From the NCBI GenBank assembly GCA_965203175.1, contig OZ241867.1, forward strand, positions 4,352,001 through 4,416,000: a DNA stretch of 64,000 bases. Direction: 5' to 3'. The notes under the pieces were generated by a model. It was not told the DNA's origin. It was given only the letters and a program-made list of their open reading frames with translations, and made no database searches. This document shows, in pieces, positions 17,573 through 26,797 of this stretch. The stretch is from Candidatus Latescibacterota bacterium. Lineage in GTDB: Bacteria > Latescibacterota > UBA2968 > UBA8231. Position numbers and translations under genes: made by a program. Every line of letters starts with the position of its first letter. The first letter of the stretch is position 1.

Positions 17573-18991
17573 ATGGCAGGCAAAAAACAGAAAGCTGTCT
17601 TAATCGCCGATGACCAGCAGGAGTTGCGCGAGATACTGGCGGAGAAACTGCGCAGCTTAGACAAGGAGGTCCTCTCGTTTTCCAATGGCCAGCGTTTGCT
17701 CGGGCATCTGGCTGCTAGGCCGACGGACGTCGAACTCGTGGTGCTAGACTTTGACTTTGGCGTTGGCCAGCCCAATGGCCTCGAAGTGCTGAAAGAGATC
17801 AAAAAGCAGTGGGCCGAGCTGCCGGTTATTATCCTCACGGGCAAGGGGAGCGTCGACTTAGCGGTCGAAGCGGTGCAGGCCGGAGCAGCGGATTTTATCG
17901 AGAAGGACTTATACGTAGAAGACAAGCTCGAAGTGGAGATGGAAAAGGTCGAGCGGATGTTGGCGGTATTGCGCGAAAACGCCCGCCTCAAGGCCGAAAA
18001 TGAGACCCTAGATCGCGATAACACCTTTTACCGGACCCAACTAGGCCAGCGCTATCAGGTCGTCAGCCGGAGTCCTCTGATTCAGAACCTACTCAAGCAA
18101 GTTGAACAGGTCTCCTCCATACCGCGGCCCGTGCTGATCTGCGGCGAGCGCGGCACTGGAAAGGAACTGATCGCCGCCGCCTTGCACTATGGGAGCAACC
18201 GCCGCGAGCGGGCCTTTGTCAAGCTGAACTGTGCAGCGCTGTCGGATACCCTACTCGAAAGCGAGTTGTTTGGCCACGAGAAAGGGGCCTTTACAGGCGC
18301 GACTGAAATGCGCCACGGCCGCTTTGAAGCCGCCGATGGCGGCACGCTCTTTCTCGATGAGATCGGCAATACTTCGCTGGACTTCCAAAAAAACGTATTG
18401 CGCGTCATAGAATACCAAGAATTTGAACGCACGGGTGGGACGCAGACGATCCACGTTGACGTGCGCGTCGTGGCGGCGACCAACGCGGATATAGAGCGAG
18501 AAATAGCCAGTGGACAATTCCGCGCCGACCTCTACGACCGTCTGCGGTTTAGCGTGCTCCAGCTACCGCCCTTGCGGGAGCGGCCCGAGGACATTCGGCC
18601 CCTGGTTACTTACTTTACTCAGCAGATATGTGACGAGGTACCTGCGATCGAACGACGTCCGTTCGCCGAAGACGTTTTGGCCACGCTAGAGACCTACGCT
18701 TGGCCGGGCAATGTGCGCGAACTCAAATTTGCTGTCGAGCGCGCCCTCTGCGTCGCGCAAGGGGACGAAGTGGGTGTGGAGGACTTGCCCCCGGAAGTGC
18801 TCGGCGACAGCGGCGTTGACCTTCCTGAGGGGGGCAGTTTCGACGAACAAGTCGAGCGCGTGGAACGAGGCTTGCTCGATGGCGCGCTCGCCCAAGCGGG
18901 CGGGCGGCAGAAAGACGCGGCCCAGCAATTGGGATTGACCTATGACCGCTTTCGACACCTACTCCGCAAATACCAAATCACCGCTAAATAA
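17573..18991 (+). CDS. sigma54-dependent response regulator (REC + PspF-like AAA+ + HTH)
   Basis: REC with ADD, LD, T, K; GERGTGKE, GAFTGA, FLDE, WPGNVREL; HTH QKDAAQQLGLTYDRFRHLLRKY. Confidence 0.92.
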   Translation: MAGKKQKAVLIADDQQELREILAEKLRSLDKEVLSFSNGQRLLGHLAARPTDVELVVLDFDFGVGQPNGLEVLKEIKKQWAELPVIILTGKGSVDLAVEAVQAGAADFIEKDLYVEDKLEVEMEKVERMLAVLRENARLKAENETLDRDNTFYRTQLGQRYQVVSRSPLIQNLLKQVEQVSSIPRPVLICGERGTGKELIAAALHYGSNRRERAFVKLNCAALSDTLLESELFGHEKGAFTGATEMRHGRFEAADGGTLFLDEIGNTSLDFQKNVLRVIEYQEFERTGGTQTIHVDVRVVAATNADIEREIASGQFRADLYDRLRFSVLQLPPLRERPEDIRPLVTYFTQQICDEVPAIERRPFAEDVLATLETYAWPGNVRELKFAVERALCVAQGDEVGVEDLPPEVLGDSGVDLPEGGSFDEQVERVERGLLDGALAQAGGRQKDAAQQLGLTYDRFRHLLRKYQITAK

Positions 18992-19018
18992 CCATCTGTG
19001 CCTCTGGGTCGAGCCTTG

Positions 19019-19046
19019 TTGACAGTGGGAAAGCGCCGGGTATATT
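19019..19046 (+). promoter_or_regulatory. Possible sigma70 promoter
   Basis: TTGACA-N16-TATATT. Confidence 0.5.
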
Positions 19047-19078
19047 AACCGCAAGGTTCTCATACGGGCGAGAGGCGC

Positions 19079-19402
19079 ATGGAAAAAGTTTACAAAGTCG
19101 AGACTACCCTTTCCCACAGTTTGGCCGAACTCTATGCTGGCCTCGAAGAGGAGTTCGCCAATAAAAGCAGTATCCCCCTCTCGGACATGAACCGCACGTT
19201 GTTGCAAACGGGCTTGATCCACCACCTGACGATGATGAGCGGACTGGGGCTGATCGAGCCGGAGAAAGCCGAGCGGCTGCACGAGTTGATCGACCAAGTA
19301 GCAAAGGATACCATACTTTGGGACATCTTGCAGATGGTGCGGACCTACTGGCGGGATTGCGGGTCTGGTGGTCCGGGCAACTCCAGCGGTCTCAACGCCT
19401 GA
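19079..19402 (+). CDS. Hypothetical protein
   Basis: GAGAGG RBS, own promoter-like element, fills intergenic gap. Confidence 0.65.
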   Translation: MEKVYKVETTLSHSLAELYAGLEEEFANKSSIPLSDMNRTLLQTGLIHHLTMMSGLGLIEPEKAERLHELIDQVAKDTILWDILQMVRTYWRDCGSGGPGNSSGLNA

Positions 19403-19452
19403 TGTGGTGCTTATAACTTGTTGTATGGATTGTAGTTCAGGGGAATGTGTGG

Positions 19453-19481
19453 TTGACAACCTCCGTGGCTACAAGTATTAT
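19453..19481 (+). promoter_or_regulatory. sigma70 promoter of iscU-like/sod/prx cluster
   Basis: TTGACA-N17-TATTAT. Confidence 0.75.
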
Positions 19482-19527
19482 ACAACCCGTTTCTTGAACC
19501 TCTTTATTAGGCTATTGAAGCGAGCAG

Positions 19528-19905
19528 ATGACCTCCTTTAGCGCAGCGGTTTTCGACCACTACCGGCATCCTCGCAACGCTGGGCAAATCGATGATGCCA
19601 ATGCCTCGGGGCAAGCCGAGAATCAGGCCTGCGGCGATGCGATGCAGCTTTTTGCCCGCGTCGAAGACGGCCGCATCGTTCGCGCTAGCTGTAAGACCTT
19701 TGGTTGCGCCCCCTCGGTCGCGGCTGGTTCGGTGCTCACCGAGTTGCTAGCAGACTTATTGTTGGCGGACGCAGCCCAGCTAAAGCCGGCAGCTATTGAG
19801 GAGGCACTAGGGGGACTACCGCCAATGAAGCGCCACGCTGCCCAACTAGCCGTTGACGCGACTCAAGCCTTAGTGAAAAACTACCAGGCCAGGACGGCCT
19901 CCTAA
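19528..19905 (+). CDS. IscU/NifU-N-like scaffold protein
   Basis: [22 protein letters not shown]; third Cys replaced (KRHAA). Confidence 0.85.
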   Translation: MTSFSAAVFDHYRHPRNAGQIDDANASGQAENQACGDAMQLFARVEDGRIVRASCKTFGCAPSVAAGSVLTELLADLLLADAAQLKPAAIEEALGGLPPMKRHAAQLAVDATQALVKNYQARTAS

Positions 19906-19951
19906 CGCATTCACACTCTGCGTTTTAACCTCAAGCCGAAAGGATTGCACC

Positions 19952-20572
19952 ATGGCTCACTCTCTTCCCGATCTCCCCTATGCCTATGACGCGTTAGAAC
20001 CGATCATAGATGCCCGGACCATGGAGATTCACCACACTAAGCATCACAACACCTATGTGACCAGCCTCAACACCGCGCTCGAAGGGCACGACGACTTGGC
20101 TGCTAAAAGCGCCGAAGACCTCATCAGCGACCTCGACGCCGTCCCCGCGGACATCAGTACGGCGGTGCGCAACCACGGCGGCGGTCATGCCAACCATAGC
20201 CTATTTTGGCAGATCATGGCTCCAGCGGGAGAGCGCGGCGAGCCTTCGGCTGAGCTCATCGCCGCCGCCGAAGCCAAATTTGGCAGTCAAGACGCAGCCC
20301 GCGAAGCCTTCGTGGATGCCGCAACCAAGCGATTCGGCAGCGGCTGGGCTTGGGTCGTAGTCAAGGACGGCGAGCTCGACATTCTCAGCACCGCCAATCA
20401 GGATAATCCCCTAATGGACGGTAGCGGAGTTCCCATCCTCGGCATTGATGTTTGGGAACACGCCTATTATCTCAACTACCAAAACCGTCGGCCCGACTAC
20501 ATCGCCGCTTGGATTGAGACTGTCAACTGGAACGAAGTCAATCGCCGCTTTGCCGAGACGACGGGGAGTTAG
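19952..20572 (+). CDS. sodA: Superoxide dismutase (Mn-type signatures)
   Basis: [31 protein letters not shown]. Confidence 0.93.
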   Translation: MAHSLPDLPYAYDALEPIIDARTMEIHHTKHHNTYVTSLNTALEGHDDLAAKSAEDLISDLDAVPADISTAVRNHGGGHANHSLFWQIMAPAGERGEPSAELIAAAEAKFGSQDAAREAFVDAATKRFGSGWAWVVVKDGELDILSTANQDNPLMDGSGVPILGIDVWEHAYYLNYQNRRPDYIAAWIETVNWNEVNRRFAETTGS

Positions 20573-20575
20573 CAG

Positions 20576-21043
20576 ATGGCGATTCAAGTAGGAGATACAG
20601 CGCCCGCGTTCACTCTCAAGAATGCGGATATGGAGGACGTAAGCCTCGGGGATTTCGCCGGTAAGAACGTCGTCTTGCTCTTCGTGCCGCTGGCTTTCAC
20701 CGGCGTTTGTACGCAGGAGTTGTGCGAGATTTCCGCCGGCATCAACGCGTACCAAGAGCTCGATGCCCAGGTTTTGGGAATCAGCGTCGATAGTCCGTTT
20801 AGCCTCAGCGCTTGGGCCGAAAAGGAAGGTATTAAGATTCCACTGCTCAGCGATTTCAACAAGGAGGTATCCGCTGGGTACGGTGCCCAGCACGAAGACC
20901 TGTTGGGCTTTAAAGGCGTCGCCAAGCGCTCGGCCTTTGTCGTCGATGAGCAAGGTATCGTTCGCTACGCTTGGGTGTCCGACAATCCCAAGGTTCTGCC
21001 GGATTTTGCGGCCATTAGGGCTTGTTTGCAATCGCTCAACTGA
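20576..21043 (+). CDS. Peroxiredoxin (AhpC/TSA family)
   Basis: PLAFTGVCTQELC (PxxxTxxC), GISVDS, LLSDF, KRSAFVVD. Confidence 0.9.
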   Translation: MAIQVGDTAPAFTLKNADMEDVSLGDFAGKNVVLLFVPLAFTGVCTQELCEISAGINAYQELDAQVLGISVDSPFSLSAWAEKEGIKIPLLSDFNKEVSAGYGAQHEDLLGFKGVAKRSAFVVDEQGIVRYAWVSDNPKVLPDFAAIRACLQSLN

Positions 21044-21063
21044 AGCACTTCGTTTTCACAATA

Positions 21064-21100
21064 GAGTGGGGCAAGGCACAGACGGCTTTGCCCCACTGTT
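21064..21100 (+). terminator. Hairpin after peroxiredoxin
   Basis: AGTGGGGCAA...TTGCCCCACT followed by GTTT. Confidence 0.6.
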
Positions 21101-21127
21101 TATAGAGCCCGCAAAGGAAGGTGCGCA

Positions 21128-21754
21128 ATGGAAGATGTGACGGCAGGGTCGCTCGGCGAGCGAGATACTCCGAGCTGGCTCCAGGGCCAGAACAAGGCCA
21201 AGGCCGCCGAAATAGCCGGTTATTTCGCCCAGATCATGCAGGTTTTAGGGCTCGACTTGAGCGACCCGCACTTGCGGGGAACTCCGGACCGCGTCGGGCG
21301 GATGTACATGGAGATCTTTCGGGAACTGGACGACCAAGGCGAACCGGAGATTACTTGTTTTCCCAATAGCGATGGCTACGACAACATGGTGATCGTCAAG
21401 GACATCGAGTTCTTTTCGGTTTGTTCCCACCACATAATCCCGTTTTTCGGCAAGGCGCACATAGCCTACATACCTGGGGACGCGATCGTCGGCTTGAGCA
21501 AAATCGTGCGCATTGTCGAATTCTACGCCCGCCGGCCCCAACTACAAGAGCGTCTCACTCAGCAAATTGTGGACTTCCTCGAAGCCAAGTTGGCACCCAA
21601 AGGATCTATCGTCGTAATGGAGGCCCGGCATTTGTGCATGGAGATGCGGGGGGTGGAAAGGCCCGGGGCGGTGACGACCACTTCGGCGCTCCGGGGCCGT
21701 TTTGCCGAGCCGATAGTGCGCGAGGAATTTTTCAACTTAATCAAGAAAGATTGA
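21128..21754 (+). CDS. folE: GTP cyclohydrolase I
   Basis: TPDRV, CSHH..PFFGKAHIAY, GLSKI, QLQERLT, HLCMEMRG. Confidence 0.95.
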   Translation: MEDVTAGSLGERDTPSWLQGQNKAKAAEIAGYFAQIMQVLGLDLSDPHLRGTPDRVGRMYMEIFRELDDQGEPEITCFPNSDGYDNMVIVKDIEFFSVCSHHIIPFFGKAHIAYIPGDAIVGLSKIVRIVEFYARRPQLQERLTQQIVDFLEAKLAPKGSIVVMEARHLCMEMRGVERPGAVTTTSALRGRFAEPIVREEFFNLIKKD

Positions 21755-21773
21755 AGCAGCATTGGACGAACCC

Positions 21774-23129
21774 ATGTCTGAGATTCAAGAGCAGGTGCTG
21801 ACGCCTCCTACCAGTGCGCTAGTCGATATCTCCCACCGGGACTTGCGCGACGACGAGTATTGGCGCGCCATTCCCGCCTATGCCGATTTGCGTGCCGATG
21901 AGTTCCACGAGCACCGCTTTCAGAGCCGCAATAGCGTGACGAGCTTGAAGAAACTGCGGGAGGTACTCGGTGGCGTCGTTTCAGAGGCGTTTTATCGAGA
22001 TGTCGAACAGGGACTTTTGCGCTCGCCGATGAGCCTGCGGATTTCTCCATATCTACTGAGCTTGATCGACTGGTCGGAGCCAGCCGAGGATCCACTGCGC
22101 ATTCAGTTTCTGCCCATGGGGTCGCGGATGCGGCCCGATCATCCGGAACTCGCCCTAGACTCACTACACGAGCAAATGGATTCCCCCGTGCCGGGTCTGA
22201 CGCATCGCTACGCCGACCGGGCGCTGTTCCTGACGCTCGACACCTGCCCGGTGTACTGTCGTTTCTGCACCCGCTCCTATGCGGTAGGGTTGGATACCGA
22301 GGATGTGGAGAAAGTGCATTTCGGCGCTGTTGCTCAGCGATGGGAGCAGGTTTTTGCCTATATCTCTTCGCGACCCGAGTTAGAAGACATCGTCATCAGT
22401 GGCGGCGATGTAGCCAACCTCAAGGCTGAACACATCGAATACATCGGTACTCGCTTACTCAACATTGAGCATGTGCGGCGGATGCGCTACGCGACGAAAG
22501 CTCCGGCGATTATGCCGCAGAAACTCGTCACAGACCGAGAGTGGGTCGATGCCCTAGCGCGGGTTGTCGAAGCAGGACGCAAGGTCCATAAGGAAGTCTC
22601 GCTGCACACGCATTTCAACCATCCGCGCGAAATCACGGCCATCAGCGGCCGCGCGCTCGACGAATTGATGGAGCGCGGCATCTGGGTACGCAACCAAGCC
22701 GTCTTGCAAAGGGGTGTCAACGACGACGTTGACATCATGCAGCATCTCGTGCGGCGGCTTAGCTACCTCAACGTGCATCCGTATTACACCTTTGTCCACG
22801 ATATGGTGCGTGGGGTTGAAGAGCTGCGCACAACCTTAGCGACGGCGATCGACTTAGAAAAGGCGGTTCGGGGGCGGACCGCAGGGTTCAATACACCGGC
22901 GTTTGTACTCGACACCATGGGGGGTGGTGGGAAGCGCGATGTCCACTCCTATGAACACTACGATCGCCAGACGGGTATTGCCATATTTACTAGTCCGGCT
23001 GTGCGGCCTGGCGAGGTCTTCTTTTTTTATGATCCCCTAGATGCGCTCGACCCGCAGATCGCCCAGCGCTGGAGTAACCCGGCCGAACGCGCGATCATGA
23101 GGCAAGCGGCGCTAAAGGCCGTCCTCTAG
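21774..23129 (+). CDS. KamA-family radical SAM aminomutase
   Basis: THRY, CPVYCRFCTR, ISGGD, HFNHPRE, NQAVLQRGVND, GGGGK (PLP Lys). Confidence 0.88.
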   Translation: MSEIQEQVLTPPTSALVDISHRDLRDDEYWRAIPAYADLRADEFHEHRFQSRNSVTSLKKLREVLGGVVSEAFYRDVEQGLLRSPMSLRISPYLLSLIDWSEPAEDPLRIQFLPMGSRMRPDHPELALDSLHEQMDSPVPGLTHRYADRALFLTLDTCPVYCRFCTRSYAVGLDTEDVEKVHFGAVAQRWEQVFAYISSRPELEDIVISGGDVANLKAEHIEYIGTRLLNIEHVRRMRYATKAPAIMPQKLVTDREWVDALARVVEAGRKVHKEVSLHTHFNHPREITAISGRALDELMERGIWVRNQAVLQRGVNDDVDIMQHLVRRLSYLNVHPYYTFVHDMVRGVEELRTTLATAIDLEKAVRGRTAGFNTPAFVLDTMGGGGKRDVHSYEHYDRQTGIAIFTSPAVRPGEVFFFYDPLDALDPQIAQRWSNPAERAIMRQAALKAVL

Positions 23130-23234
23130 GCTCTATCGAGCGAGAAACTGCGAGGGCCGGCATTTGCCCTTGTGGACTCTTATACCTTATCTATTAGTAA
23201 TAATTAAACCTTAAGACCATCAAGGCTTACAGCA

Positions 23235-24908
23235 ATGAACTATCCAGATATGATCCAAGCATTAGTGGGATTGGGCCTGCTCGCTTTGGGAGGTGGTCTG
23301 GGTTTTCTGCTGAATTACCTATTAAAAAAGGGTGTCCTGCCCCAAGTGGAGAGAGAGGCAGAAGACCGAGTGCGGCAGCAGCTAGCCGAAGAAGAGCGCA
23401 CGGTGCGGCTGAGCTTGATTGAGGAGCGGGATGACTGGTATAAAACTAAAGCCCGTCAAGAGGCCGAGTTAGAGGATCAATTGGCCGATCTGAATCGCCG
23501 CGATAAGAGTTTGGCACAGCTTGTGCGCGACCTCAATAGCCAGAAAGAAGAGCAGAGCCGGGCGTGGAACCGCCTCAAGAATCAGGAGCGGCGGATTGTC
23601 CAGCGAGAGCGGACCCTCAAAGAAGCAGAAAAGGAACTGGGCCAGATGCGCGTCGAGTACCAGCAACGTCTAGAACTGGCCAGTGGGCTGCCCGCGGACG
23701 AGGCGCGCGAACAGATGATGGAGCATCTGTCCAGCGAGGTCCGCGGACGAGCGGCGGCTATGATCCGCAGCGAGCGCACCAAGGTGAAGGAGGAGTCGGA
23801 TCGAGAGGCCAAAAAAATCATCGCCCAAGCCATTCAGCGCTGTGCAGTTGAAGAGACCGTCCACTTGGTCACTTCGACAGTGCCCTTACCCAACGAGGGG
23901 ATTAAAAGCCGCATCATCGGCAAGGAAGGGCGGAACGTGCGCGCATTTGAGACGGCGACCGGAGTCAAAGTGGTGGTCGATGATACGCCCGACGCGGTGT
24001 TGCTTTCGTCCTACGATCCAGCGCGACGCGAAGTGGCCAGCCGTGCGATGCATCAGCTAATCGGCGGCGGTGGCTTCACCCCGACCAAGATCGAAGAAGT
24101 GGTAGAGGAATGCCGTAAGGCCTTAGACAAAGACATGGTCGAGGTCGGCAAGAGTGTCCTCAGCGAGATTGGGGCCAACCAATACCACGCCGATTTGCCT
24201 TATTACGTGGGCATGCTCAAATATCGCGCTAGCTTTGGGCAAAACCTCCTACAGCACTGCCTAGAGGTCGCCCATTTGTCAGGGGGGATGGCCGCTGAGG
24301 TAGGATTAGATGTGTCGTTGGCCAAGCGGGCGGGTCTCTTGCACGATATCGGCAAGACCGTTAGCAAGGAGATGGAAGGGGGCCACGTCGAATTGGGCAT
24401 TAAGCTAGGCGAACGATTCGACGAGGATCCGATCGTCAAGGAAGTTATCGCCGAGCACCACGAGGACCACGAGCGCCTTTCCCCGATCTGTTTCTTGGTC
24501 AAGGCGGCCGATACCATATCGTCGATCCGGCCTGGGGGGCGGCGCGAAGACCTTGAGGGCTATACCCGCCGCATCATGCGCTTGGAAGAGATCGCGACTT
24601 CGTTCGCGGGCGTCAAAGACGTGTACGCCATCAACGCTGGCCGCGAAATCCGCGTCATGGTCTGCGGCGAGCAGATCGGGGATGAAGACGCGGAGATTCT
24701 TGCGTTTGATATAGCCGAGCGCGTCAAAGCCGAATTGACCTTTGCCGGCCAAGTTAAGGTCGTGGTGGTGCGCCAGACGCAGGTGGTGCGCCATACCGAG
24801 CGGGGCCGTGGCGACCGACGCAACAACGACGTCCGCAATGGAAGTGGTCGTCGGCCGCGCAACGGGAGCCGCAGAGGGGGCGACAACGGCGCAATCCGCC
24901 CCAACTGA
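23235..24908 (+). CDS. rny: Ribonuclease Y
   Basis: N-terminal TM, coiled coil, KH (IIGKEGRN), HD (LLHDIGK), INAGREIRV. Confidence 0.92.
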   Translation: MNYPDMIQALVGLGLLALGGGLGFLLNYLLKKGVLPQVEREAEDRVRQQLAEEERTVRLSLIEERDDWYKTKARQEAELEDQLADLNRRDKSLAQLVRDLNSQKEEQSRAWNRLKNQERRIVQRERTLKEAEKELGQMRVEYQQRLELASGLPADEAREQMMEHLSSEVRGRAAAMIRSERTKVKEESDREAKKIIAQAIQRCAVEETVHLVTSTVPLPNEGIKSRIIGKEGRNVRAFETATGVKVVVDDTPDAVLLSSYDPARREVASRAMHQLIGGGGFTPTKIEEVVEECRKALDKDMVEVGKSVLSEIGANQYHADLPYYVGMLKYRASFGQNLLQHCLEVAHLSGGMAAEVGLDVSLAKRAGLLHDIGKTVSKEMEGGHVELGIKLGERFDEDPIVKEVIAEHHEDHERLSPICFLVKAADTISSIRPGGRREDLEGYTRRIMRLEEIATSFAGVKDVYAINAGREIRVMVCGEQIGDEDAEILAFDIAERVKAELTFAGQVKVVVVRQTQVVRHTERGRGDRRNNDVRNGSGRRPRNGSRRGGDNGAIRPN

Positions 24909-24909
24909 G

Positions 24910-26076
24910 ATGGCTGGTGAGCACAAAAAAATCGTCGTGCTCGGCTGCACCGGATCTATTGGCGACACATGTTTCAAGGTCCTCGAAAACTTGGGAGACG
25001 GGTACGAGGTTCTGGGCTTGGGCGGTGGGACCAAGGTCGAAAAGCTGATCGCACGTGCCCGCCACTGGCAGCCGCAAAGAATTTGTGTCCTAGACGCCGA
25101 GGCTAGAAAACAGGTGCAGAGTGCAGTGTCACGGGTCGAGGTGGTTTGCGGCGAAGAGGGGTTGTGCGAGCTAGCCACCATGCCGGAGGCCGATCTAGTA
25201 ATCAATGGACTCGTCGGTGCTGTCGGCCTCGCTCCGACGCTCGCGGCGTTGGCACAGGGCAAGACCGTGGCCATGGCCAACAAGGAGCCCCTGGTTATGG
25301 CCGGCGGGCTAATTTTGCAGCAGGCCCAGCGCGGTGGTGGGGCCGTGCTGCCGTTAGACAGCGAGCCCAATGCCATTTGGCAGTGTCTGAAGGGCGAAAA
25401 TCGCAAAAGCCTGCAGCGAATCATCCTCACGGCCTCTGGGGGGCCGTTTTGGGGACACAGCCGCGAGCAAATGCGCGACATTACCCCAGAGCAGGCCATC
25501 GATCACCCCACTTGGAAAATGGGCCCCAAGATCAGCGTGGATTCAGCAACCCTGATGAACAAGGGCTTTGAAGTTATCGAAGCTGCTTGGCTCTTTGGCA
25601 TAGCGGTCGAACAAGTGGATGTGGTCGTCCACCGCCAGTCGGTTGTACATGCACTGGTTGAATTCGCCGATGGATCGCTGTTGGCTCACATGGGCAAGAC
25701 CGATATGATGCTACCGATCCAATACGCGCTAACCCACCCAGAACGGCGTAAGGTACCTCTCGGCAACCTCGATCTCAAGCAAGTAGGCCAACTGAGTTTC
25801 GCCGCTCCGGACAGAGCAAATTTCCCTGGTCTGGATCTGTGCTATGAAGCAGGCCGGAGCGGAGGTACCTCTCCAGCCGCCCTCAACGCGGCCAATGAAG
25901 AGGCTGTGGAAGCCTTTTTGGCACGGCAAATCGGTTTCCTCGATATCGCCGACCTGAACCGCGACGTACTTGCACGTTGCGGCACGCAGGAGACCGTTTC
26001 CCTCGAATCCATACTAGACGAGGACCGCTTCGCACGGCAGCTGGCCCGGGAGTGGGTCGCCGGGCAGGCTGGATAA
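24910..26076 (+). CDS. dxr: 1-deoxy-D-xylulose-5-phosphate reductoisomerase
   Basis: GCTGSIG, ANKE, PLDSE, LTASGGPF, HPTWKMGPKISVDSATLMNKGFE, NAANE. Confidence 0.95.
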   Translation: MAGEHKKIVVLGCTGSIGDTCFKVLENLGDGYEVLGLGGGTKVEKLIARARHWQPQRICVLDAEARKQVQSAVSRVEVVCGEEGLCELATMPEADLVINGLVGAVGLAPTLAALAQGKTVAMANKEPLVMAGGLILQQAQRGGGAVLPLDSEPNAIWQCLKGENRKSLQRIILTASGGPFWGHSREQMRDITPEQAIDHPTWKMGPKISVDSATLMNKGFEVIEAAWLFGIAVEQVDVVVHRQSVVHALVEFADGSLLAHMGKTDMMLPIQYALTHPERRKVPLGNLDLKQVGQLSFAAPDRANFPGLDLCYEAGRSGGTSPAALNAANEEAVEAFLARQIGFLDIADLNRDVLARCGTQETVSLESILDEDRFARQLAREWVAGQAG

Positions 26077-26079
26077 TTT

Positions 26080-26352
26080 ATGGCGGAAGACACTAACGCA
26101 GCACGGTACAAAGCACTGGCGCTATGCCAGAAGATGATCCGCATCAACACCGGGATCATACTCGCGGCTTTCACACTCATCATCGTCCTTACCACGGTCT
26201 CGACAGCGGAGTGGGTGCGAGCGACTGGCAAGGCGCTCTACTATATCATCGCGTTGCAAGCCCTCGCGTCAGTGGGGACTTGGTACTACCGCAAACGCTT
26301 GGAGAAAGCGCTGGTAGGAGTCGAGGAAAATAGCTCGTATGGAGACCATTAA
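26080..26352 (+). CDS. Hypothetical two-TM protein
   Basis: Tight operon spacing, two hydrophobic segments. Confidence 0.6.
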   Translation: MAEDTNAARYKALALCQKMIRINTGIILAAFTLIIVLTTVSTAEWVRATGKALYYIIALQALASVGTWYYRKRLEKALVGVEENSSYGDH

Positions 26353-26779
26353 GGCACGGGGCAAATTCCACGCCGCCCATCGACAGCTAGACTACAACGG
26401 CAAATGCGCTTACGTCCATGGACATACTTGGCGCGGCGTGTTTGTCGTTCGCACGGAACGCTTTCCGCGGCTCGAAAAATTGGATATGTCCGTTGACTTC
26501 GGCGCTCTCAAGGGCATATTCAAATTCTTGGATCACAAGATGTTGGTTTCCTCGCGGGATACGACTTTTCTCAATGCTAAGCTCTTCGACCCACAGGGAG
26601 TCGTGGTCATGCCAGGCGAAAATCCGAGTGTAGAAAACGTGGCTGAGTACTGCCTTGACCAAGCAGTCGGGGTATTGCAAGGGCTGTTCCCACAGCGCGG
26701 CTATCAGTACCACATCGAAGTTTCCATCCAGGAAACCGACAACAATTTCTTTGTCGCCGACCGCCATCTGCGTTGCTGA
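26339..26779 (+). CDS. queD: 6-carboxytetrahydropterin synthase / PTPS family
   Basis: FHAAH, C..VHGH, VDFG, LDH, PSVEN, ET. Confidence 0.8.
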   Translation: METIKARGKFHAAHRQLDYNGKCAYVHGHTWRGVFVVRTERFPRLEKLDMSVDFGALKGIFKFLDHKMLVSSRDTTFLNAKLFDPQGVVVMPGENPSVENVAEYCLDQAVGVLQGLFPQRGYQYHIEVSIQETDNNFFVADRHLRC

Positions 26780-26797
26780 GCATTTGGGTGCAGAGCT

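Noticed and set aside
21128-26779. folE plus queD as a Dpd 7-deazaguanine DNA-modification system
   Set aside because: No dpdA/tgt, queC or queE in the window; genes sit among housekeeping loci
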